DNA from: a virus
Lineage: Duplodnaviria > Caudoviricetes
Strand: one strand, 5' to 3'
Virus record (IMG/VR): IMGVR_UViG_3300017719_000074
Coordinates: 1-33,503 of that record
DNA length: 33,503 nt
Both the position numbers and the translations under genes were made by a program. Below are positions 7,864 through 16,310 of this stretch, piece after piece. The notes below the pieces were generated by a model. The model made no database searches. It was not told the origin of the DNA and was given only the letters and a program-made list of their open reading frames with translations. How positions within the stretch are numbered: position 1 is the stretch's first letter; every line of letters starts with the position of its first letter.

Positions 7864-8328
7864 TTAAGCGTTTAATCCAACGCTGTAGTTTGTTTTACCG
7901 TCGATACGTGAAGCGGTAAGAATACTCTTACGGTTGTCTTCTTCACTGACGTATGATACATGAACCCAACCACTATCAGGAATACCTGGAGTGTAGAACT
8001 CAAGAATAAGTTGATCGAAGTCACAGTTCTCTTTAATCCATTCTGCTAGTTCAGCATTAGGAACGCCTGGTACTTCAATATCTGCTGCTTGTCCTTTACA
8101 GTGTTGTGACTTAGAACTACCACCAACTGCTTCGTTTAATTCAGGACCACGATATCCACTATTCAATACAGTTGGACCAAAGTGATCTCGTACTGGTTGT
8201 ACTACCTTATCAAACAATACTACTGCGGCAGCCATGTGTTCTTCATTAGGAGTGTTATCAATTCCTTTACGTTCTGCAGTCTGACTCTTTGTAAATTCAG
8301 CTAAGCTAAAGTTCTTACTTAATTTCAT
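7864..8328 (-). CDS. Peptidase M15A family endolysin
   Basis: LSKNFSLAEF, NSGYRGPELNEAVGGSSKSQHCKGQAADI, WVHVSY zinc-peptidase motifs. Confidence 0.92.
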   Translation of the reverse strand: MKLSKNFSLAEFTKSQTAERKGIDNTPNEEHMAAAVVLFDKVVQPVRDHFGPTVLNSGYRGPELNEAVGGSSKSQHCKGQAADIEVPGVPNAELAEWIKENCDFDQLILEFYTPGIPDSGWVHVSYVSEEDNRKSILTASRIDGKTNYSVGLNA

Positions 8329-8337
8329 TATAAACTC

Positions 8338-8604
8338 CTATCGTATAATTTTAGCGATCATATCTTCAAATGCTTCAACCTTATCAGTACGATTCGGCCA
8401 ATGGATATAATCTTTTTCTGGGTTCTTTTTAAGATTACTTAGTAACGGCAATATTGCATTATACAAATTGTTCATCTTCTCTTCGTAATCACTTGCAGCA
8501 TTCTCTTGTGAGGCTGCTGTTGCTGTTAGTTGTTGTACTGCTTCGAGTTCATCTTCATCTACAGCAGTAAAACCAAAATCAAAATTGTTAATATCTACAG
8601 TCAT
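8338..8604 (-). CDS. Conserved hypothetical protein (88 aa)
   Basis: FDFGFTAVDEDEL...PLLSNLKKNPEKDYIHWPNR. Confidence 0.8.
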   Translation of the reverse strand: MTVDINNFDFGFTAVDEDELEAVQQLTATAASQENAASDYEEKMNNLYNAILPLLSNLKKNPEKDYIHWPNRTDKVEAFEDMIAKIIR

Positions 8605-9482
8605 TTTTTATACTCTTTAAATCCTAATAATTTACGTGAACTAACTATTTCAAAAAACGTTTTAGCTTCAGGACCATTTAACTTATTATAGGTAAACGAT
8701 ACTGAAGAATAGATTGGTCTATAGTGCAATGTACGATCAGCCGGTACAAGCAATAATTGACCAGTTGTTACCATTTCCTTTTTCTTTGGATCTCCATGTC
8801 GAATAGGATTCATGAATGGATCACTATTCGGAGATACGGCTAAAGCATCAATCATCTCTAATGGATCTGCTACTTTCTTCACCGATTGGATTGCAACACG
8901 TAATCTTTCTTCTGATGATTTGCGCGCTTTGGCAAAGCTAGGATCTTTAGAATCAACCTTATAACCAAGCTGAGGTAACTCGATGCCATGATTAGTGCGC
9001 ACTGATTGATCTTTAATCTTTATAAGCTTATGAATATAGTCTCTATCTTTTACATCTTCTTTCTTTTCGGTGAAGCCACCTTCGACTAACCAACATTCAT
9101 TTTGATTGAATATGTATGTCATACCTGCTAGCTCATTCTTAATTAGATACTTTGCAGCCTTTAATGGATCTTTGATCTTTAAAGCATCTCTAATCTTTTT
9201 GCCATCTGGTGACATATAGTTAGTCTTCTTATATCGATCTTGATTAGCAGCTTTATCACCTTCCTTCTCATCGCTCTTGACAGATAGAGAAGCAGATATT
9301 ATCGATATACCACTTTCGTTTAAGCCTTCAGTGTATCGACTAAGCTTATCATCTATATAGAGTCTTTGAATATCATCTCGATTCGATTGAGTAATTTCGA
9401 CATCAGCTAAGTACGATCGATCACGATTCTTAGCGCCAACCCATCCGATATTCTTAAAATATTTTACTGCGACTACGCACAT
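8601..9482 (-). CDS. N-terminal-nucleophile (Ntn) hydrolase-like protein (NRDE/C45-like)
   Basis: Cys at residue 2, KNRDR, EGLNESGISI and RTNHG motifs. Confidence 0.7.
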   Translation of the reverse strand: MCVVAVKYFKNIGWVGAKNRDRSYLADVEITQSNRDDIQRLYIDDKLSRYTEGLNESGISIISASLSVKSDEKEGDKAANQDRYKKTNYMSPDGKKIRDALKIKDPLKAAKYLIKNELAGMTYIFNQNECWLVEGGFTEKKEDVKDRDYIHKLIKIKDQSVRTNHGIELPQLGYKVDSKDPSFAKARKSSEERLRVAIQSVKKVADPLEMIDALAVSPNSDPFMNPIRHGDPKKKEMVTTGQLLLVPADRTLHYRPIYSSVSFTYNKLNGPEAKTFFEIVSSRKLLGFKEYKK

Positions 9483-9511
9483 TTGACAACCCTACATAAA
9501 GCTTAAAGTTA

Positions 9512-9519
9512 TATTTATA
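9512..9519 (-). promoter_or_regulatory. T4-type late promoter TATAAATA
   Basis: Exact consensus, intergenic, upstream of the 9482-7579 operon. Confidence 0.85.
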
Positions 9520-9524
9520 CAATA

Positions 9525-10043
9525 TTAGCGTTTAAAAAATAAATGATTGTCAATTGTTACTGTACGATTCATTGTCTTTGCCCAGTAAGGTTCGACATAA
9601 TCAGCATGGTAATGTGTTGCACCTTCAGTAACATCTTTAATCATTCCATTCATAACAATAAGTGCAGCTCTTTCGCTATCGTTCCAAGTTTTACCTTCAA
9701 ATGCTTCTTCGTCTTTGCCATCACAATAATATGAGAACTGACACTTCCATTTAATTGGAACTACCTTAGAATGATTATCCCACCACCATTCGCTTATTGG
9801 ACCCTCATGTACGACACCACAAATTGTATTAGGATAGCGATCAGAATCAACACGATTAATAATAACTTGAGCAACTGCAATCTTACCAACGAATGGCTGA
9901 TTGCCGGCTTCAAAATAAACAGCTTCTATTAGACAACTGTATTCGCTTTGTCGTGCTTGATCATGAGCGTATACCGGCATGTATGATATCGATATAAGCA
10001 ATAAAACACTTATTAAAAGAAGTACACGGTTTTTGTAATTCAT
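9525..10043 (-). CDS. Cell wall hydrolase, SleB/Hydrolase_2 family
   Basis: CLIEAVYFEAGNQ, VAQVIINRV, CQFSYYCDGK, GATHYHADYVEPYW; N-terminal signal/TM segment. Confidence 0.93.
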   Translation of the reverse strand: MNYKNRVLLLISVLLLISISYMPVYAHDQARQSEYSCLIEAVYFEAGNQPFVGKIAVAQVIINRVDSDRYPNTICGVVHEGPISEWWWDNHSKVVPIKWKCQFSYYCDGKDEEAFEGKTWNDSERAALIVMNGMIKDVTEGATHYHADYVEPYWAKTMNRTVTIDNHLFFKR

Positions 10044-10045
10044 AA

Positions 10046-10168
10046 TTATGACCCCATCAACGCGTTATAACCTAAATGAAAGAGGGCCATTAAAAACCCA
10101 CCAGCAATAAAGCTTGCAGTAAAAATCAAAATAATTTCTATAAGTCTACCGTATTTCTGTGTGTTCAT
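10046..10168 (-). CDS. Small membrane peptide (40 aa, MNTQKYGRLIEIILIFTASFIAGGFLMALFHLGYNALMGS)
   Basis: Not in the track; fills the gap between the early promoter and the SleB gene; single hydrophobic helix. Confidence 0.65.
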   Translation of the reverse strand: MNTQKYGRLIEIILIFTASFIAGGFLMALFHLGYNALMGS

Positions 10169-10202
10169 AATATAAGTTCTATTTTTATTAATTTAGATAA
10201 CC

Positions 10203-10232
10203 ATTATATCATACGCATCGATGAGTGTACAC
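10203..10232 (-). promoter_or_regulatory. Early promoter (diverged third copy of the cassette)
   Basis: GTGTACA-N17-TATAAT, downstream TAAATTAAT, upstream CTTATAACAAA..TCTAAGAATAATGCA. Confidence 0.85.
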
Positions 10233-10270
10233 CCTTTTGTGCATTATTCTTAGATTAATTTGTTATAAGG

Positions 10271-10462
10271 TTATAACTTAGTTTTAGATATTTGTCCATC
10301 GAATAGCTGATACACAAATTTATTTGTGGTGAGAGTATGCCCGACGAATAGTTTAACTTTCTCTTTACCGCCACTTGATTCGATTACGGCTTTAAAGTCA
10401 GTTAAACTATTCCACTTCTTTCTTGATTGACTAAGGTCTTTCATACCAATTTTCCCTTCCAC
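10271..10462 (-). CDS. Hypothetical protein
   Basis: Short ORF in tandem array; start may be MKDLSQ. Confidence 0.65.
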   Translation of the reverse strand: MEGKIGMKDLSQSRKKWNSLTDFKAVIESSGGKEKVKLFVGHTLTTNKFVYQLFDGQISKTKL

Positions 10463-10712
10463 GGATAGTTTCGGTTGGATTTTTCTTTTCTTCTTTCTTC
10501 TTATCGATATGTGTATCAGGCCTATGGAACTTATCCATATTTTTCTTAACTGGGTTTTTTCGAAACTGAGTTACGTTTTTCATCATCAGACTCCGCCTTA
10601 TTATCGGATGCTTTATTCTTTTTACCAAAGATCGCATCCCAATTGTTATCAAACTGTTTTTGATTGCCAGCTTTACGCTGGTTACTACCTTTGCCACCTT
10701 CCCATTGTCCAC
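10431..10712 (-). CDS. Hypothetical basic protein
   Basis: ORF in tandem array. The C-terminal KNPVKKNMDKFHRPDTHIDKKK part may start at the internal MMKN (GGAG RBS), with a separate upstream micro-ORF. Confidence 0.55.
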   Translation of the reverse strand: MDNGKVAKVVTSVKLAIKNSLITIGMRSLVKRIKHPIIRRSLMMKNVTQFRKNPVKKNMDKFHRPDTHIDKKKEEKKNPTETIRGRENWYERP

Positions 10713-10720
10713 TTGCCATC

Positions 10721-10984
10721 TTAATCGTCTCCTAATACTGCTTTAATTTTAGTCGCATCAACAATACAAGCACGGTCACCTTCGTGATCGATCGGCATAG
10801 CACCGTCCCATGCAACATAGACGCGTTTACCTACAGGAATATTTGTTACCAAATCGCCGATCGCTAACACTAATCCTGGTTTTACCGCCTTCGAAGTTTC
10901 ACCAGTAAGGATAATACCACCAGCGGTTTTTACATCTTTTTCTACTTCAGTTAATAATACATTATTACCTAATAGCTTAATCAT
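10721..10984 (-). CDS. groES: Co-chaperonin GroES-like (gp31 analogue)
   Basis: IKLLGNNVLL, KTAGGIILTG, GLVLAIGD, IKAVL. Confidence 0.88.
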   Translation of the reverse strand: MIKLLGNNVLLTEVEKDVKTAGGIILTGETSKAVKPGLVLAIGDLVTNIPVGKRVYVAWDGAMPIDHEGDRACIVDATKIKAVLGDD

Positions 10985-11397
10985 ACGTTTTCTTCTCCAA
11001 TTAAATTTAATATTTTATGTGCATGATCGATAAACTCATTGCGTTGTTCTATAGAAGCTTCGCCTGATGCATCTTTCCCGTGATCAGCAATATATCTAAC
11101 ATAGCATAACAATTCTTTTTCAAGTGAATGTAAGTTTAATTTACATGATGGACATTCTGATGATGGTACAGATGCGAATGCTGAATCATCACCACTCCTA
11201 ACATCTAAGTATTCCCCTTCACCAAAATTAAAACCAGAAGCTCTTAGAAACTTTTCAAATACTTCTAGCATTCCATCCCTACTCACATCTCTATCCATGA
11301 CCCAATGTTCTATAATAGTATCGGGGGTGATATGAGGTTCATCATAAGGATACTGAATAAACGAATAAGCTGGGCCACCGTCCTTTTTAGTAGACAT
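10981..11397 (-). CDS. Hypothetical protein (138 aa)
   Basis: Coupled ORF; LEVFEKFLRASGF motif and one CxxC. Confidence 0.75.
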   Translation of the reverse strand: MSTKKDGGPAYSFIQYPYDEPHITPDTIIEHWVMDRDVSRDGMLEVFEKFLRASGFNFGEGEYLDVRSGDDSAFASVPSSECPSCKLNLHSLEKELLCYVRYIADHGKDASGEASIEQRNEFIDHAHKILNLIGEENV

Positions 11398-11683
11398 TTA
11401 AATTACTCCACTTCACTAATTTCTTTCGTTTATTATGTATAGCGTTATACATTTGTTTTTCTGATATATCTAAGTTAGAAGCAAGTAAATTAATCATGCA
11501 TTGTAAATCACCTACTTCACTTACTAAATCACTAATGTTTTTTTCATCACCGTATCGTAGTACCTTCGAACATGCTTGTTGAACTTCAGCACATTCTTCC
11601 ATAAGTATTATTAATAACTCTGATCGATACTCTGATTTAGATCTTTCGCGACCCATTAATGGCAAGCTTAGATCCAGACTCAT
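11387..11683 (-). CDS. MazG-like nucleotide pyrophosphohydrolase
   Basis: LMEECAEVQQACSK...EVGDL (EExxE...ExxD). Confidence 0.8.
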   Translation of the reverse strand: MSLDLSLPLMGRERSKSEYRSELLIILMEECAEVQQACSKVLRYGDEKNISDLVSEVGDLQCMINLLASNLDISEKQMYNAIHNKRKKLVKWSNLNVY

Positions 11684-11850
11684 GCCTGTCCGCGTTTTTC
11701 TAATTCACGAAGAATTTTTTGTTTCTTCTTAGGAGGAGTGTGATCATTATCAAAAGCATCTTTAAGCTCCTGTAGAGGAGTAGATCTCATATAATAGTTT
11801 TGCATAGAGCCATCTCTATTTTTTACCGATTCTTTAAATTTTGTAGGCAT
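11680..11850 (-). CDS. Hypothetical protein (MPTKFKES...)
   Basis: GGAG RBS before the ATG at 11850; the track extends it to 11889. Confidence 0.7.
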   Translation of the reverse strand: MPTKFKESVKNRDGSMQNYYMRSTPLQELKDAFDNDHTPPKKKQKILRELEKRGQA

Positions 11851-12452
11851 TACATTTCTCCAGTGATGTGTTTGTAAATTTCTTTCCATTTGTTAAATCG
11901 TGGGATATCACCAGCATAATCTGCATTGTGATCGTGTCCAACGAGTATTGAATTAAGACCTAGTGATTGACCAAGGATAGCATTCTTTGGCTTATCTTCA
12001 ATCCACCAGCATTCGGTTCCTTCATAAGGCGCCAACGCTTCATCTTTATCGTCACCACAGCCAAGGATAATATAATCATCGAATATGTTATCACCAAACA
12101 GTAGCTCGAGGTTTTGAATTCGTAGCTTTTGAGCATACTTATTTGTACTCAATGATGTAATACAATGGAACTTATAGCCATGCAACATATTTAGACGCTT
12201 CATGTAATAGACAGCATCTCTAAGCGGTGGTAAGAATGCAATAGCAGCAGAGTCATTAAACTCTCGAACTAGTTTTTTACCTTCAGCTCTTGTGATGCCA
12301 AATTGGGCACCTACGTTATATTCATTTGGTTTGATTGGGTTTAATTTCTTTTCTAATTTCATCCAGTGACGAAATGCGTATTCCCAATCACACAATACGC
12401 CGTCACAATCTACTAATATAATATTTTCATTCATTTTCTTTTCTCTTTCCAA
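11850..12452 (-). CDS. HAD-superfamily phosphatase / 5'-nucleotidase (T4 gp30.2-like)
   Basis: LVDCDGVL motif I, ITS motif II, WIEDK motif IV; likely start MNENII. Confidence 0.88.
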   Translation of the reverse strand: MEREKKMNENIILVDCDGVLCDWEYAFRHWMKLEKKLNPIKPNEYNVGAQFGITRAEGKKLVREFNDSAAIAFLPPLRDAVYYMKRLNMLHGYKFHCITSLSTNKYAQKLRIQNLELLFGDNIFDDYIILGCGDDKDEALAPYEGTECWWIEDKPKNAILGQSLGLNSILVGHDHNADYAGDIPRFNKWKEIYKHITGEM

Positions 12453-12463
12453 TTTATATAACC

Positions 12464-12493
12464 ATTATAACACAGTTCAATATAAATGTACAC
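12464..12493 (-). promoter_or_regulatory. Early promoter
   Basis: GTGTACA-N17-TATAAT with TGTG extension. Confidence 0.85.
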
Positions 12494-13176
12494 TATTTTG
12501 TTCCAAATAATTTCCTTCTGTTATATTCAGCGATTGCTTCACGTAATGGTTTAATCCAATTATTACGCTTTTCGATAAAGATTTGTTCACCTTCATCACC
12601 AGCAATTGCAATAACAATTTGAGGTATTGGTACACCAGTTCTTTCTTCAATCATAATAGCGTAAGCTGTACATTGTAAGAAGTAGCCAGTGATATATTCT
12701 TTTTTCTTTAATTTACGTGATGTCTTATAATCAATAATGGATGGAACACCATTCCATACACCAACCAGATCAACACGGCCTGCCATATTAAGATGATCAG
12801 AGTAAAGAGCCAGTTCTTGACCCCATACTTCATCAACGTTTTCTTCAAGAGTTTTAAATAGACTTGATGCTGTCGCGAGGATATCAGGCATTGCACCTTT
12901 CTTATAATCAGGATCATTGTCTACATATTTTTCTAGCATTGTATGCACAGTCGTTCCACGCCTTGAAGCGCGGGTCGAAATTTTATTCGCTTCCTCTTCG
13001 CCGACCCGCGCTCGCCATGCACGAATAGCGTCTTCACCTAGATGGCTGAGTACGGTTGTAACCGATGGGTATGCTTTACCATCTGGAGCAATGTACTTTC
13101 TGCCGGTGGACTTCGTTTCGCATGTAAGATCTTTGTAGCCTAGACCTAGTGGTTTGTGGATAAATCGATGTGTCAT
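12493..13176 (-). CDS. PD-(D/E)XK exonuclease (Cas4/RecB-like phage family)
   Basis: YPSVTTVL, RGTTVH, AGRVDLV, IIDYKTS, YFLQCTAYA. Confidence 0.9.
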   Translation of the reverse strand: MTHRFIHKPLGLGYKDLTCETKSTGRKYIAPDGKAYPSVTTVLSHLGEDAIRAWRARVGEEEANKISTRASRRGTTVHTMLEKYVDNDPDYKKGAMPDILATASSLFKTLEENVDEVWGQELALYSDHLNMAGRVDLVGVWNGVPSIIDYKTSRKLKKKEYITGYFLQCTAYAIMIEERTGVPIPQIVIAIAGDEGEQIFIEKRNNWIKPLREAIAEYNRRKLFGTK

Positions 13177-13177
13177 A

Positions 13178-13414
13178 TTATTTTGTTACCTTAAGAGTTA
13201 TAAATTTTCGTCTTGCTTTATCAAACGATTTTGGTTTTTTAAACGTTACAAACTTATCTTTACCAGAAACTTTATAGCCAACCAACTTACCCGCTGCATT
13301 GAGAAAGTAAGTATGGTTGGGTTGATTCCAGGACACTTCGGTCCACTTTGTAATTTCTTTAAGAGCAACGATTGAGCCTTCTAATAATTTCATAGGTAAT
13401 GTGGTCCTGTCCAA
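13178..13414 (-). CDS. Hypothetical protein
   Basis: LKEITKW...PNHTY...FDKARRKF motif; likely start MKLLEG. Confidence 0.75.
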   Translation of the reverse strand: MDRTTLPMKLLEGSIVALKEITKWTEVSWNQPNHTYFLNAAGKLVGYKVSGKDKFVTFKKPKSFDKARRKFITLKVTK

Positions 13415-13779
13415 GCTACACTGTATTCCTCGAAGATGTTTCCTCGAGCCTTGTTAGTGGCCGGTGCATTCCATGATGCAGCTTTAAGAATATCACCACG
13501 TTTGAATTTGTCGCTATCTTTCTTCACAACAAAACCCCAAACTGATCGATTGGATATAAGCTTAACATACTTACGACCAGGAGAGATAACAAATTTTTCT
13601 GCGTACTCATTAATTAGGCCCTGAAAGTATTCTTCGTCTAGACCTTCTGAACGTTCGGCAGAACGGCCCATAAATGTTGTATAATCATCAATCGCAATTT
13701 TCTTAAGAATCTCTAAACTAGTGTCAAAATCATAATCGTTATCCTTTTCCCAATCCTGTATAATTCTTAAAGTAGCCAT
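13390..13779 (-). CDS. Conserved phage hypothetical protein (129 aa)
   Basis: GRKYVKL...SVWGFV...GDILKAASWNAPA...RGNI; first gene after cassette copy 2. Confidence 0.85.
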   Translation of the reverse strand: MATLRIIQDWEKDNDYDFDTSLEILKKIAIDDYTTFMGRSAERSEGLDEEYFQGLINEYAEKFVISPGRKYVKLISNRSVWGFVVKKDSDKFKRGDILKAASWNAPATNKARGNIFEEYSVAWTGPHYL

Positions 13780-13785
13780 AATGTA

Positions 13786-13880
13786 AAGTCCTGTTCGATT
13801 AATTTATATAGCTATTATACCATGGGTATCACAATATGTACACCATTATTTGCATTATTTTTAGACTCTTTTGTTATAAG
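13786..13880 (-). repeat. 95-bp early promoter cassette, copy 2
   Basis: Matches 5193-5287; TGTACA(13837-13842)-N17-TATAAT(13814-13819). Confidence 0.9.
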
Positions 13881-13912
13881 TGGTCATTCTTTATAACTTT
13901 TTGATATAAGGG

Positions 13913-14464
13913 CTAAACTTGCACGTAGCTAGATATGACGTACTTTGGTCCTGAGATTGGAATACATCCCTTATGTGGATATTGCCATGTTGGTGGGAAA
14001 CATAAGACTGAACCAGCTTTTGGCTTTACTTTAATTTCTTCCATGCCTGGTTCGAACCTAAACATAGTTTCACCACCATCTTCTACATCGTTTAAATAGA
14101 AAAACATAACAAGTGTTCTTTTACTTGATTCAGCTGTTCTATTATCAGTATGCCAATTAAAGATACCTTTGTTTGGTTCATAGCGTTTAATGCGTGGTTG
14201 CTCGAATGCATTTGTTTCTGGAAAAAATTCGAACTGAGAAGAATATTTATGATATATGCCTTGCATCAAACCAACGAATTGTTTACTCACACTTTCGAAA
14301 GCCTTTGATTGCATCATATTAATTTCATGAAAATTATAGCATATATTTTCTTTATGCTCTGCTTCTAATGGTGCAGCAGCATCGTATAAAGATATTAAAT
14401 GATCACACGTTTCCTTTGTTATAACATCATTATAGACTTTAATATAATCACTTAGATTGCTCAT
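13913..14464 (-). CDS. 2OG-Fe(II) oxygenase (prolyl-4-hydroxylase-like)
   Basis: WHTD (HxD), YLNDVEDGGET, FPPTWQYPHKG, KY. Confidence 0.92.
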   Translation of the reverse strand: MSNLSDYIKVYNDVITKETCDHLISLYDAAAPLEAEHKENICYNFHEINMMQSKAFESVSKQFVGLMQGIYHKYSSQFEFFPETNAFEQPRIKRYEPNKGIFNWHTDNRTAESSKRTLVMFFYLNDVEDGGETMFRFEPGMEEIKVKPKAGSVLCFPPTWQYPHKGCIPISGPKYVISSYVQV

Positions 14465-14694
14465 GAATTCTTTACACCATTAATCCAATTTTGTGCAGCC
14501 TTTTTAGCATAGTGTATACTTTTAGTTGGGTAGAACTCATCAAAGCGAAAGATTTGATTCTCATAGTATCGGCAACCATAGTGTGGAACATCATGGGCAT
14601 CAGTCTTTTTAAATACGAAAGCTTGTCGACTCGAATCACCTTTAGCAAATCCATCTAGTATTTCATCAACATACATCATAGAAGTACTTTTCAC
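14461..14694 (-). CDS. Hypothetical protein (77 aa)
   Basis: Coupled ORF; KSIHYAKKAAQNWING. Confidence 0.75.
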   Translation of the reverse strand: MKSTSMMYVDEILDGFAKGDSSRQAFVFKKTDAHDVPHYGCRYYENQIFRFDEFYPTKSIHYAKKAAQNWINGVKNS

Positions 14695-14695
14695 T

Positions 14696-15001
14696 TTATA
14701 CCTTCCTTTTGTTTATTTTGGTCTGACCATCTTTAGGTCTAGCATTCTGAGCCATTTCACTTTTAAATCCAGTCTGTATCGATTTAAGTCTGTAAATGTC
14801 GATATTATATCTGCTTTCAATTGCAGTCTGTACTGCTTTTAACTCTTTATCTCTTGATTCACTATTAGACATTTTAAGTTTTTTCAATACGATATCGTAT
14901 AGATTATAACACTGACTATTACTTAAAGGTCTAATAAGATTTCTTGCTTCAGCTGTATAATCGCGAGATTCTACTGGTCCTTTGTCGTTCCACTTACTCA
15001 T
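14696..15001 (-). CDS. Hypothetical protein (101 aa)
   Basis: ATGA overlap with the phoH stop codon. Confidence 0.75.
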   Translation of the reverse strand: MSKWNDKGPVESRDYTAEARNLIRPLSNSQCYNLYDIVLKKLKMSNSESRDKELKAVQTAIESRYNIDIYRLKSIQTGFKSEMAQNARPKDGQTKINKRKV

Positions 15002-15684
15002 AATTTGCCTCGATCAACTAGTTCTTTTGTCATTATAAAGTCTCTTACAAGACCACTTCGAACGATATCTTCAAACCCAAACTCAATAATGTCGAATGAT
15101 GTCATATGAGAGAGTATCTTAATGAATTGGTTAATACCTTCCTTTTCGTTATTCTTTGTAAAGTCTGATTGGTAGTAGTCACCACACATTACAAACTTTG
15201 TATCTCTACCGATACGAGTAATAATAGAACATAGCTCGTGGTAGTTACAATTCTGAGATTCATCAACAATTACAATAGCATTATTGAATGTTTGCCCACG
15301 TAGATATGATGTTGTCATAAACTCTACAGCATGTATCTGAGTTAATTTATTCCATGCATCACCATCATCAAATAAATCATTCACGATTACTTCATAGGGT
15401 GCAGTGTAAGCAGCTTCTTTTTCTTCCTGTGTTCCTGGTAGAAATCCCATGTCTCTTGTAGGTACTGCTGATCGAACAACAATAACTCTATCGTATGGTG
15501 TTTGATTATCCATTACATCAACTAAAGCAAGGTATAAAGATATGAAGGTCTTACCAGTACCAGCTGCACCAGAGATACAAAGGTTTTGACCATCACTGTA
15601 TGCTTTAAATACTTCTTCTTGAGTCTTTGTTGCTGGCTCTAATGTTTTTAAATGTTCTAAACGTAAACGCTGTGGCTTATTCAT
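14998..15684 (-). CDS. phoH: PhoH-family ATPase
   Basis: GAAGTGKT Walker A, MGFLPG, LRGQTF, VDESQN, GDYYQSD, DIVRSGLV; start MNKPQRL (track start 15729). Confidence 0.95.
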   Translation of the reverse strand: MNKPQRLRLEHLKTLEPATKTQEEVFKAYSDGQNLCISGAAGTGKTFISLYLALVDVMDNQTPYDRVIVVRSAVPTRDMGFLPGTQEEKEAAYTAPYEVIVNDLFDDGDAWNKLTQIHAVEFMTTSYLRGQTFNNAIVIVDESQNCNYHELCSIITRIGRDTKFVMCGDYYQSDFTKNNEKEGINQFIKILSHMTSFDIIEFGFEDIVRSGLVRDFIMTKELVDRGKL

Positions 15685-15991
15685 TATTTTCCTTTCTACT
15701 ATAATGTGCTTGTTCACACTCTGACACAATGCTGTCTAGCTTTTCTAGCTTTACATTGCTATGGTTTTCACCTTTCCAATCACCCCAAACTTCGGGTGCT
15801 AATTCCTTTGATCTTTCCATGTAGTAACTACCTGGATAATGCCTTAAACATCTACTTGCTTCTTTTCTTACCGCACTTGGTACTCTTGGTGTTTTCTTTG
15901 GATCTAATAAGTCCAATAGAAACTGCCGCGTGTTATTTACTGCCCATCTTCGTTCACACGGCAATGTCATCATCAAATCTCCATTCAACAC
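15677..15991 (-). CDS. Conserved hypothetical protein
   Basis: MTLPCERRWAV...FLLDLLDPKKTPRVP...CLRHYP. Confidence 0.75.
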   Translation of the reverse strand: MLNGDLMMTLPCERRWAVNNTRQFLLDLLDPKKTPRVPSAVRKEASRCLRHYPGSYYMERSKELAPEVWGDWKGENHSNVKLEKLDSIVSECEQAHYSRKENNE

Positions 15992-16310
15992 TGTCTTTCA
16001 TATCACCATGTAAAAAATCAGGATTTGGTAGCATTTCGACTTTAACATTTGGAGTTTTTTTAATCGTATCCCAACACTCTTGAGTAGCCTTGTTTAAACC
16101 ATAATCATCGTGATGACACTTATAACAAGAACCACTTTCACCATTAAAATGATAATAGTCTGCTTCATAATCTACACTTACGATACCGCTGTTCATTCTC
16201 CAAGAATTACTTCCTAGATAACCACCATAATAACCAGCCAAAACTTTATATAACACTGGTGCATCATCTTTTGTAATTTTAACTATCGCCCACTTATCAG
16301 GATATTCCAT
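15954..16310 (-). CDS. Conserved phage hypothetical protein (118 aa)
   Basis: PDKWAIVKI...YKVLAGYYGGYLGSNSWRMNSGI...SGSCY. Confidence 0.85.
   Translation of the reverse strand: MEYPDKWAIVKITKDDAPVLYKVLAGYYGGYLGSNSWRMNSGIVSVDYEADYYHFNGESGSCYKCHHDDYGLNKATQECWDTIKKTPNVKVEMLPNPDFLHGDMKDSVEWRFDDDIAV

Noticed and set aside
12493-13176. Cas4-like nuclease as evidence of a CRISPR-Cas system
   Set aside because: No repeat-spacer array or other cas genes are visible; stand-alone PD-(D/E)XK nucleases are common in T4-like phages.
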